From IMG/VR virus record IMGVR_UViG_3300027881_000008, positions 1-64,000 of that record: DNA of 64,000 bases. The stretch is one strand, 5' to 3'. How positions within the stretch are numbered: the stretch's first letter is position 1; every line of letters begins with the position of its first letter. Source of the stretch: a virus. The notes beneath the pieces are model-generated. The model made no database searches. It had not been told where the DNA came from and saw nothing but the letters and a program-made list of their open reading frames with translations. This document shows, in pieces, positions 46,072-54,375 of this stretch. The translations under genes were made by a program, and so were the position numbers.

Positions 46072-46487
46072 ACGTCGCGCACCACCTCCATCTCAAGTGG
46101 AAGCAGCGCTTGCGCGAGCGCCGCGTAAAAGTGCTCGCTGGCGTCGTCCGCGCGTTTCGCGGCTACGAGGCGCCACGCGCCCGCCTTGAGCTGCAGATCG
46201 AACAGGGCGTAGTGGGCGCCGCTTGTCCACCATTCGACGGTCGCGTGCCCCGCCACTGGGGGGCCCTCGGTGCAGAGCCGCACACGCATGCTCGCGGGGC
46301 GACCGAACGCGCACTCTGCTGTAATGACGGCGCTCACCTCGGCCCCGTAGGGGGACTTCCCCACTTCAAGGAGTCGCGTCACGGTCTCCCAGTCGGTCAA
46401 CCGGCAGCACCACGGCAGCTGGAACTCCTCGCTGAGGAGTCCTGCCGCCTCTTCCCAGGCGGGGTGGTTTCGGTGCGTGTTATCCAT
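46035..46487 (-). CDS. Hypothetical protein
   Basis: GGAG RBS; ends in PEVPGAHEEAP, as does 47459-47731. Confidence 0.55.
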   Translation of the reverse strand: MDNTHRNHPAWEEAAGLLSEEFQLPWCCRLTDWETVTRLLEVGKSPYGAEVSAVITAECAFGRPASMRVRLCTEGPPVAGHATVEWWTSGAHYALFDLQLKAGAWRLVAAKRADDASEHFYAALAQALLPLEMEVVRDVPEVPGAHEEAP

Positions 46488-46512
46488 ATCTTTGCTCCGG
46501 TGAGTTGTGGTC

Positions 46513-46541
46513 GGGGCGCGGCCCGCGGTGAGCCGCGCCCC
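46513..46541. terminator. GC-rich hairpin between genes
   Basis: GGGGCGCGGC-N9-GCCGCGCCCC; no U-tract. Confidence 0.35.
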
Positions 46542-46551
46542 TAGGGGGTGG

Positions 46552-47400
46552 TCAGGCGTTGAGCAGCGCGGGCGAGCCCCACGCGAGCAGGATGCCCGCC
46601 TCCTGCACGTCGGTGACCTTGCTCTTGCCCGCTGCGATTAGTCTTGCAGCGAGGTCGCGCGCGGCCGTCAGGGGCCTCGGTCGCGGCTTTCGGCCGACCG
46701 AGGCGAGGATCTTGTTGCTGTCGCAGCTGAGCACCAAGCCGGGCGCCAGCTCGGCGACGAGCGCTTGGATGCGGGGCAGGCGCCGGTTGCGCTCGCCCAG
46801 GCCCAGGAGGTGCAGGGCTCGGGGCGGTCGCTCGGTGAGCAGCTCGCGCACCTCAGCGTCCGTCGTAGCGCCCTTCTTGCAGGGCAGGGCGCGGACGAAA
46901 TCGAAGCCAAGCTCCGCTTCGCAGCACCGGTCCATCTCGCTCAGACTGAGCAGGCCGCGCTGCAGGGCGACGAGGACGTGCGCTCCCAGTTCGTGCAGCT
47001 CGCGCACCTCGTCGGCGTAGTCGTGCAGGCGCACCAGCGTGGACGCTTGGCAGCCGACGAGGTCGGGTGCGACGACGTGGAGCTGGCTGCCCAGAGCCAC
47101 CGCGAGGCGGCGGTAGAGGGCGAGCGTACGGACCCAGCGTTCGTGGGTGTAGGGCTTCACGACGACGAGCCGGCCCGCGTGGGGGCAGAACTGCACCTCG
47201 CCGAACGCGCCGCTGTCCACGAACACGGGGACGCCCGTGCCGGCCAACGCGACGAGCGCGGCCTCGGCGCTGGGTCCGACCTCGGTCGCGGCCACGCCGA
47301 TGGGCTGGCCGAGGCGCGAGAAGGCGCGGATTTCGCAGGCCCGGTTGGAGCCGGACGCGAAGTAGAGTGGTGGAGCAGGGTGGTTTCGGTGCTGGTTCAT
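46552..47400 (-). CDS. TGT/DpdA-like guanine transglycosylase-fold protein
   Basis: VFVDSGAF, VVAPDLVG, VALQ, LHLLGLG and SCDS. Confidence 0.7.
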   Translation of the reverse strand: MNQHRNHPAPPLYFASGSNRACEIRAFSRLGQPIGVAATEVGPSAEAALVALAGTGVPVFVDSGAFGEVQFCPHAGRLVVVKPYTHERWVRTLALYRRLAVALGSQLHVVAPDLVGCQASTLVRLHDYADEVRELHELGAHVLVALQRGLLSLSEMDRCCEAELGFDFVRALPCKKGATTDAEVRELLTERPPRALHLLGLGERNRRLPRIQALVAELAPGLVLSCDSNKILASVGRKPRPRPLTAARDLAARLIAAGKSKVTDVQEAGILLAWGSPALLNA

Positions 47401-47458
47401 CGGTCGGTCCCTTCGATGGCGACCGCCGCGTCGAAATCGGGGTGGTGGTAGAGGCGGC

Positions 47459-47731
47459 TCATGGCGCCTCCTCGTGAGCCCCGGGCACCTCGGGCTGCAG
47501 CGCTGCCAAGGCGTGGCCGACAAGATCGACGAAGTTCCTGTCGAGCACGCTTCCTTCTTTCATGACCTCAAGAGCGTCATCCTCTGTGTCGCAGATTGCG
47601 ATCACGGGAGCAGCCTGTAAGACTTCCCATGACCAATTCTTGTTGTAGGCCCGGACAATCCAAGCCTGATTAATGGGTGAGTACTGAGCTATCTGCCCGC
47701 TCAAGTACAGGCTGCGTCGTTTGCGTGTCAT
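47459..47731 (-). CDS. Hypothetical protein (lower GC)
   Basis: AAGGA RBS; first gene of the leftward accessory operon. Confidence 0.55.
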   Translation of the reverse strand: MTRKRRSLYLSGQIAQYSPINQAWIVRAYNKNWSWEVLQAAPVIAICDTEDDALEVMKEGSVLDRNFVDLVGHALAALQPEVPGAHEEAP

Positions 47732-47831
47732 GTTGTGTCCTTCTGCCCCTCCCTCGTTCGCCGAGGGGGGTGTCGAGCCAGCCTCGAGTTGAGGTGGCTC
47801 TACCTATTGGTCATTCGCGTAGGGGGACCAT

Positions 47832-47907
47832 TTAGCGTACGGATAATTAAAAAATATCCGTACGCTAAGAATAGGTGCGTACGGATAATAGGGTATTATC
47901 CGTACGC
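47832..47907. promoter_or_regulatory. Twin palindromes GCGTACGGATA-N9-TATCCGTACGC
   Basis: 14-bp perfect arms at 47832-47845/47855-47868 and 47877-47890/47894-47907, in the AT-rich strand-switch gap. Confidence 0.8.
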
Positions 47908-48268
47908 TGCTAGAGGGTCGCCGCGAGCCAACACTGGTTGAGGCCGCTGCCACGATGCAGCCGCCCACCGAGCTCCTCTCAATTCGGAGGCGAGCCGGTC
48001 CCAGACACCCCACAGGAGGTGGAGCAGAGTCGCTGTGCCGCACCGGGCCCCATGGCCACGGTAACCCGGCGCAAGCTAGCCAACGAGGAGACCTCTCCGG
48101 GCCATCGTTGTCGACCGAACGCCTAGCCGCCAGCTCCCGGGAGCTGGCCCCGCCAAGGCACAACCGACGACGGCGCCGAGAGCCCCCACGGCTACCGGGC
48201 ACAGCGACTCTGCTCCGCACCCTGACCAGACCCCCACCGCGAACCACCACCAGGCAGGAGACCCCGCC

Positions 48269-48658
48269 ATGAACAGCGACAGACACGACAAGACGCGCCC
48301 CCTTCGATGGGGCCTGCAGCCCCCGACCCAGGCCCCCGCCCCGGGCGACCCCCAACCGACCAACCAGCTCAGCGCGGTCGGCCTGGTCCGCCGCGTCGCC
48401 GCCTTGCTCCGCGAGGCCGCCGCCACCCACCGCGACCCCTTCTTTCTGGTGGGCGAGGTGGCTAGCCTGGGTCGCCAGGCACGCCGCCGCGCCGAGTACC
48501 GCGGCAGCGCGGACTTCGCGGACGCCGCCGACGCTGCGGCCGACGCATGTCGCGCGCTGCTGGAGTGCGCCTCGCACTCGGCTCCGCTGGCTGCCCACGC
48601 CCGGGTGGGGTGCGGCCTTCTCGCCGCCTCCTTCGACCGGCTTTGGGGGGCGTCATGA
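48269..48658 (+). CDS. Ala-rich hypothetical protein
   Basis: AGGAG RBS; ATGA-coupled to the methyltransferase. Confidence 0.5.
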   Translation: MNSDRHDKTRPLRWGLQPPTQAPAPGDPQPTNQLSAVGLVRRVAALLREAAATHRDPFFLVGEVASLGRQARRRAEYRGSADFADAADAAADACRALLECASHSAPLAAHARVGCGLLAASFDRLWGAS

Positions 48659-49593
48659 TGCGCACGGCGGATCTCTTCGCCGGGGCCGGCGGCTTCACCG
48701 CTGGGGCCGCGCTGGCGGGCGCCACCCCTGTGTACGCGGCCAACCACCTGCCGTTTGCCGTGGCCACACACAGCCTCAATCACCCCGGCGAGCACGTCTG
48801 CCAAGACCTGCGCCAGGCGGACTGGGCGGCGCTACCGGAGTACGACGTGCTGCTCGCCAGCCCGGCGTGCCAAGGCCACAGCAACGCGAGCCAGCCCAAC
48901 AGGCGGCGGCGTCACTCGCAGGACCGGGCGACCGCTTGGGCGGTCATCGACTGCGCCGAGGTCACGGCGCCCTACGCCATCCTGATCGAGAACGTGCCGC
49001 AGTTTGCCGACTGGAAGCTGTACCCGCGCTGGCGGGCGTGCCTCGAAGACATCGGCTATCACGTCGAGACGCACGTCCTCGACGCGGCCAACTTCGGCGT
49101 CCCTCAGCGAAGGCGGCGCCTGTTCGTAGCGGCTACGCTCGACCGCTTCGGTCCCCTCAGCTACGCCCCACCAACGGGAGTGGAGCAGCCGTTTGGCCCC
49201 TGCATCGACTGGGACGCGGACGCCCGCTGGCTGCGTGTCGCCGACGCGACTGACGGTATCCAGGCCCGCATCGCAAAGGGCAGGCGCAACCACGGCGCCG
49301 TCTTCCTTTCTCAGCATGTCACCGGCCACCCCGGCGTCAGCCTGGATCAGAGCATCCGAACGGTGACGACAAAGGCGCAGTGGAACGTGGTGCGCGGGTC
49401 GGTGTACCGTCCGCTCACCGTGCTCGAACACGCCCGAGCCATGGGCTTCGCCGACGACTACCGCTGGCCGCGGGGCGCCAGCAAGACGGACTGCATCAAG
49501 GGACTGGGCAACGCAGTTTGCCCCCCCGTCGCCGCGTCGCTGGTCGGCGCGCTCGCCGACCACCTGCAACTGAACCTGGCCGCTGCGGCCTGA
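48655..49593 (+). CDS. DNA (cytosine-5) methyltransferase
   Basis: Motif I DLFAGAGG, IV SPACQGHS, VI ENV, VIII QRRRRLF and X GNAV. Confidence 0.92.
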   Translation: MMRTADLFAGAGGFTAGAALAGATPVYAANHLPFAVATHSLNHPGEHVCQDLRQADWAALPEYDVLLASPACQGHSNASQPNRRRRHSQDRATAWAVIDCAEVTAPYAILIENVPQFADWKLYPRWRACLEDIGYHVETHVLDAANFGVPQRRRRLFVAATLDRFGPLSYAPPTGVEQPFGPCIDWDADARWLRVADATDGIQARIAKGRRNHGAVFLSQHVTGHPGVSLDQSIRTVTTKAQWNVVRGSVYRPLTVLEHARAMGFADDYRWPRGASKTDCIKGLGNAVCPPVAASLVGALADHLQLNLAAAA

Positions 49594-49608
49594 AAGGACA
49601 CACGATGA
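49585..49608 (+). repeat. 24-bp junction repeat GCGGCCTGAAAGGACACAC(G/C)ATGA (second copy at 50579-50602)
   Basis: Contains stop, RBS and start; one mismatch. Confidence 0.85.
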
Positions 49609-49778
49609 TAGGGAAGACAAAGGCCGTCGCGGTTCCGTGCGACGAGGAGGACGAGGCTGGTGGCCCCGTCCGCACCTGGGACGTCGTCTACCGCGACCGC
49701 GTCGTTGAGCAGGGCTACCGCACCCGTCGCCAGGCGCGGGCGGCAGCAGCGGCTTTCGCCAGGGGGGCGAGGCCGTGA
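49605..49778 (+). CDS. Small hypothetical protein
   Basis: ATG lies within the junction repeat; GTGA-coupled to the next gene. Confidence 0.5.
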   Translation: MIGKTKAVAVPCDEEDEAGGPVRTWDVVYRDRVVEQGYRTRRQARAAAAAFARGARP

Positions 49779-50587
49779 TCACCAACGTCAACCAGCGCTG
49801 GCGCGAGCGCCGCGCGAGCTACCGCCCGGCGGGCGAGCCCATCGATACCTCGCGCTTCGAGGTGGGGCCCCTGCAGGCCGACCTGGCCGAGGCTCGCGCC
49901 TTCGTCGGGCGCCATCACTACCAGCGGACGTGGCCAGCTGCGCGTGAGAGCTTCGGGCTCTACCGCTCCGACCAACTCGTGGGCGTGGCCGTCTTTGGTG
50001 TGCCCATGCAGTCAAAAGTGATCACCGGGTGCCTGCCTGGCGACCCCCTCGACCACGTCGAGCTGAGCCGCTTCGTGCTGCTCGACGAAGTGCCGGGCAA
50101 CGGCGAGAGCTGGTTCCTCGCGCGTTGCTTCGCCCTACTCCGCCTCCACGGGTACCGGGGCGTCGTCAGCTTCTCCGACCCGCTGCCCCGCAGCGACAGC
50201 GCAGGCCGGGTCACGACGCCTGGGCACGTCGGGTGCATCTATCAGGCGCACAACGCCGTCTACCTCGGGCAGCGAGCGCGCAAGACGATCTACGTGCTCC
50301 CCGACGGACGCACGTTCAACGGCCGAACGATGAGCAAGCTCCGGGGAGGCGAACAGGGGTGGCGCGGAGCCGCCCGGCAGCTCCAAGCCTACGGCGCCCC
50401 CGAACTGGGGCGCAGGCCCAGCGACAGCGCGCGACGCGCCTGGGCAACGCGCTGGCTCGGCCAGCTCACGACCCGGGTGCGTCACCCCGGTAACCACAAA
50501 TACGCCTGGGGCCTCGACCGCGTCACCAAGCGCCACCTCCCCCAGTCCCTCCCCTACCCAAAGCGGCACGCTTCTCTAGCGGCCTGA
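49775..50587 (+). CDS. mom: Mom-family (GNAT-fold) DNA adenine modification enzyme
   Basis: FVGRHHY, LVGVAVFG, ELSRFVL, NGESWF, VVSFSDP and GHVGCIYQA.N..YLG. Confidence 0.85.
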   Translation: MITNVNQRWRERRASYRPAGEPIDTSRFEVGPLQADLAEARAFVGRHHYQRTWPAARESFGLYRSDQLVGVAVFGVPMQSKVITGCLPGDPLDHVELSRFVLLDEVPGNGESWFLARCFALLRLHGYRGVVSFSDPLPRSDSAGRVTTPGHVGCIYQAHNAVYLGQRARKTIYVLPDGRTFNGRTMSKLRGGEQGWRGAARQLQAYGAPELGRRPSDSARRAWATRWLGQLTTRVRHPGNHKYAWGLDRVTKRHLPQSLPYPKRHASLAA

Positions 50588-50598
50588 AAGGACACACC

Positions 50599-50826
50599 AT
50601 GACGTTTTATCTCATCTACGCGGCGGACGGCGCCCCCGTGCGCCTTTGTCGTCCGCTCGCCCTCACCTTCGCGTCGGCCGACGAGGCCAACGCTGCCTGC
50701 GAGCGCGTCTTCGGCGCTGCAGCCGTCAACAACACCGTGCTCGTGGCGGCCTTCGGCGACGACGAGGACGAGGCCCCGAGCCCGAGCCGCGAGCAGTGGC
50801 TTGCCCTGGCGGGAGGTGCGTCATGA
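50599..50826 (+). CDS. Small hypothetical protein
   Basis: ATG lies within the junction repeat. Confidence 0.5.
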   Translation: MTFYLIYAADGAPVRLCRPLALTFASADEANAACERVFGAAAVNNTVLVAAFGDDEDEAPSPSREQWLALAGGAS

Positions 50827-51641
50827 GCCTCCACGAATGGGAGGTGGGGGAACGCCCGCGCCGGGTGCGCCGCCGCCTCGAACGGGGCGACCAGCCGCTT
50901 ACTGTGCTGCTCGCCGAGGGCGCCCACCGCGCCAACATCAAGCGGCACGTGCGCGACCAGGCGCTACGCCTCCTGGCCTGCGAGCGCGTCCCGCGCGGTC
51001 TGCTGCCGCGTCTGCACGCAGCCCGCGAACTGTGGCTGCAGCGCGAGGCCGTCCGCCACGCGCGCCGAGACCCCCTAGCCGAGCCGGCCGCAACGCGGCT
51101 CCCGCGTCTGCTGCTCGCGGTGCTCACCGGCGAGGTGGAGCGGCGCGGCGGTGAGACCACCATCGACGAGGAGCGCCGCACGGTGCATCTGGCCGTCGTG
51201 GGCTCTCCACAGCTCACGCCGACGGGGCGCGCGTACTTGCTCCGGTGCGAGGGGTGGCGCCACTACAGCGGTCGCTTCGGCGCGCGCCGAGCCACGCTGG
51301 CCTACCTCGCGGGCCGCGACGACGGAGGCCGCTGGGCCGCCCGCGTGCCCGGGACGATGGGGTCGGCAGCCGAGGCCCTCGCTTGGTTGGAGCCCGCCGC
51401 CGTCCGCAAGGCCCGCCAGGCGGGGCGCCGGGTCGTGCGCCAGGGGGACGTCTACGCCGTCGAGACCACCTCGGCGCACGACGGCAAGGGCGAGCTGCCC
51501 GAGGACCACCATTGGGACGCCGAGCGGCGCACCCTGACTCACCACACCCACCACCACCTGCGCATCGAACACCCGGTGCGTTTTTTCGCCCAGTCCGTAC
51601 TGGCCATGGGCCGCACTGGCGGCCGACAACGAGGAGACTGA
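50823..51641 (+). CDS. Hypothetical protein with RQGDV and His cluster
   Basis: GGAGG RBS; RQGDVY...HHTHHH. Confidence 0.55.
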   Translation: MSLHEWEVGERPRRVRRRLERGDQPLTVLLAEGAHRANIKRHVRDQALRLLACERVPRGLLPRLHAARELWLQREAVRHARRDPLAEPAATRLPRLLLAVLTGEVERRGGETTIDEERRTVHLAVVGSPQLTPTGRAYLLRCEGWRHYSGRFGARRATLAYLAGRDDGGRWAARVPGTMGSAAEALAWLEPAAVRKARQAGRRVVRQGDVYAVETTSAHDGKGELPEDHHWDAERRTLTHHTHHHLRIEHPVRFFAQSVLAMGRTGGRQRGD

Positions 51642-51642
51642 A

Positions 51643-52074
51643 ATGAATCTCACCACGCTCATCCGAATGCTGCAGGCCCATCGCGACAAGGGCCACGGAG
51701 ACGTCCCCGTCGCCGTTCACGTCTCGGCCGAGGCCGGCTGGGGGCTGGTTCCGCTGCTCGACCAAGTCGGCGCGCTGGGTAGCCTCGACGAGCCCGACGC
51801 CATCCTGCTGGCGGCGCAGGCCGACCAGCTCAACCCCTACGACGACGCCGACCCGCCGTCGGGCACCGCGCGGCTCATCCGCGACGCCCTCGCGCGCTGC
51901 GAGTCCTGCAGTCTCGACGACCCCGCCGACCTGGAGCGCGTCGCGCAGGTCGTCGAGAACATCTTCGCCGAGCTGGTGGACGCCCAGGCCAAGGAGCGCG
52001 TCGCGGAGCTGCGCGCTATCGAGTGCGCGTTGCCCGAGCCGCACGGGCACTGGTGCTGCGGGGGGAGGGCGTGA
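51643..52074 (+). CDS. Hypothetical acidic protein
   Basis: GAGGAG RBS. Confidence 0.55.
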   Translation: MNLTTLIRMLQAHRDKGHGDVPVAVHVSAEAGWGLVPLLDQVGALGSLDEPDAILLAAQADQLNPYDDADPPSGTARLIRDALARCESCSLDDPADLERVAQVVENIFAELVDAQAKERVAELRAIECALPEPHGHWCCGGRA

Positions 52075-52231
52075 GCGCCTCCCGGGGGCTCGACTGGGCC
52101 CAGGCCGTGGACGGCGCGCTAGCCGTGGCCGCCGCCGAGCTGGCGGCGCTAGGGCCCCAGGGGTGGGTGCAGCTTGGCTGCATCGCCGTCGTGTCGTGGC
52201 TGGGCACTCGCGCGATCACGGGGAGCGCCCG

Positions 52232-52486
52232 ATGACCGAGCGCCGCTACCGCGGTCGCGTCTACGTCCAGATCGACCCCGGCGAGCTGGTCGAGGGCGAC
52301 GTGGTCGAGTACCAGGACCGCGGCTTCCGCGTCGGCCGCGTCGAGGCCGTCCACCACGGCCGGAAGCGCCACTGGGTCCGGGTGGCGGCCATCACCTACA
52401 ACGGCGCGGTGGTGCGCCCCCGGCGCAAGTTAGAGCTGCGCGAGGTGCAGACCGCCTGGCGGCGCCGGACGGAGGCGGGGTCGTGA
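52232..52486 (+). CDS. Small SH3/KOW-like protein
   Basis: LVEGDVVEY...GRVEAV. Confidence 0.4.
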   Translation: MTERRYRGRVYVQIDPGELVEGDVVEYQDRGFRVGRVEAVHHGRKRHWVRVAAITYNGAVVRPRRKLELREVQTAWRRRTEAGS

Positions 52487-53247
52487 GCATCGTCGACAAA
52501 GTGGCTGCCCTCCTGCGTCTCGCCGAGGGGCGCGGGACCACCGCAGCGGAAGCAGCGACGGCCGCGAGCGTCGCCCAGCTGCTCATGGCGCGGCACCGCA
52601 TCACGCGGGCCGAACTTCACAGCGGTGACCCGGACCCGATCCGCCACCACCTCGAGCCCCTGCACGAAGGCGCGCGGCTGGTGAGCTGGCGCCGCCGGCT
52701 GATCGCAGGGATAGCTCGAATAAACGGATGCCGCGTCGTCATACGCCAGCGTGGCAGCTGGCGCTCGCTCGAACTCGTGGGGCGCGACGGCGACGCCAAG
52801 GTCGCTCGGTATCTGGTGGAATACGTCGCCCGCGAAATCGACCGCCTCGCCCGTCGAGCTGTCGCCGAGCGGCGCGAACTGGGGGCGGCGGGAGGCGCAC
52901 GCGCCTTTGGCAGCAGCTTCCGCCTTGCCGCTGTCGCCGAAGTGGTGGGGCGGCTGGAGCGCGACACCCGCGCAGCGCCGGCGGGCACGTGCGTAGCGAT
53001 CATAAACGTCGCGAGGGACGGAGAGGCGCTCGACAAGTTCGTCGCGTCGGTGGCGACCGGCACCGAGGCGCGATGGTCCCCCAGCGGCGAACAGGACCGG
53101 GGCGGACGCGCCGCTGGCCGCAGAGCAGGCCGTTCGCTCCCGCTTCGCCGCGGGGTCCCCGGCGGCGACGACGCACCGCCACGGCCGCTTCTTCCGCAGA
53201 AGTGTTGCCCCCCTGGCAACACTTGCGATACAAGGGGTGAGTCATGA
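52483..53247 (+). CDS. DUF2786-family protein
   Basis: IVDKVAALLRLA..T.AEAATA..AQLLMARHRI. Confidence 0.75.
   Translation: MSIVDKVAALLRLAEGRGTTAAEAATAASVAQLLMARHRITRAELHSGDPDPIRHHLEPLHEGARLVSWRRRLIAGIARINGCRVVIRQRGSWRSLELVGRDGDAKVARYLVEYVAREIDRLARRAVAERRELGAAGGARAFGSSFRLAAVAEVVGRLERDTRAAPAGTCVAIINVARDGEALDKFVASVATGTEARWSPSGEQDRGGRAAGRRAGRSLPLRRGVPGGDDAPPRPLLPQKCCPPGNTCDTRGES
53200..53224. promoter_or_regulatory. Operator palindrome
   Basis: AAGTGTTGCC-N5-GGCAACACTT just upstream of the 53244 start. Confidence 0.6.
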
Positions 53248-54375
53248 GCTACTCCGAATGCCCCAGCTGCCAGCGCAAGGGCTGGCACCGCCCGTCCGCA
53301 GCAAAGGCCCAGCGCGCATGGGGCGCCGTAAGCGGGGCCCCGCAGTTCAGGCGTTGCCGCTACTGCGGGCACGACAACCGCCTGCTGCTCGCCGAGCGAG
53401 CGCTCCAGGCCACTTTCGATGCCGCGCATCGAAAGCTCGCCCGGACGTTAGACAAGAATAAGGAGAACGGAAAATGAGAAAACCAAGAACATTCCACTTG
53501 CGTTACGTCACGGCCGTCGACCCCGGAGAGGTGGTGGAACAGACCGTCACGGCCGTCGACCCCGCATGCGCTCTCGGCCTGTTGCTCGACGAGTCCGACG
53601 AGGACGACCTGCAGCTGAAGTGGGTCGCGATCAGCCGAGAGCCCTTCAGGCACTGGCCAGAGGAGACATTATGAGCGACATGGAACAAGTAGCACGGCGA
53701 GCAGTGGACTGTGAGGGCTGGCGCTGTATGCGAGGTATGCTGTGTCTCACCGACGAGGACGGATACGCAGCGCGAATACTTCACGTCAGCCGTTTCAGCT
53801 ACCACGCTGCTCTGCCCGACCTCGCCGACCCTGCAACGCTCGGGTGCCTTCTCCATTTGGTTAGAGAGGCGTGGAAGGATGAAGGGCTCACCGCCGTGGT
53901 TGCCAACTACGATCACGAGAATGGGTATCAATGGCGGGTTGTCGGTGGTCATCACCATGGCTCAACCTTCATGGCAATGGGCCAAAAAAGGTATTCGACC
54001 GAAGCAGAGGCCTTGGTCACAGCGCTGGAGGCAGCAGTTGCGCTCGACGCAAGAGAACGGGTTGAATCCGCATGAATGGCTGGTCTGTCCCCGCCAAACG
54101 CACCCAGGCCCCCTCTCGGCGCCGTTCCGCCGCGAGCGACGATTGGATCTAGCCCGAGATTGGGTTAGGGATGTACCGTGAAACGGTTTGTCGTGCGCGG
54201 TAAAGTGACGCTCGACGTCTCTACGATGGTGGAGGCGGACGACCAGGAGCGGGCCGTGGACGAGGCTGTTTGCGCGTTGGTGGCAGAGCGCGTCCGCGGG
54301 ATGGGGTATCCTACCGACATGGTCGTCGAAGCTACCGCGATGCGAGCGCGCGAAATCCCGCCGCGCCCCAGGTGA
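53244..54375 (+). CDS. Run of small genes (53244-53477 Zn ribbon, 53474-53674, 53671-54075, 54178-54375)
   Basis: ATGA couplings; CPSC..CRYC; PDLADPATLGCLL motif in 53671-54075. Confidence 0.55.
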
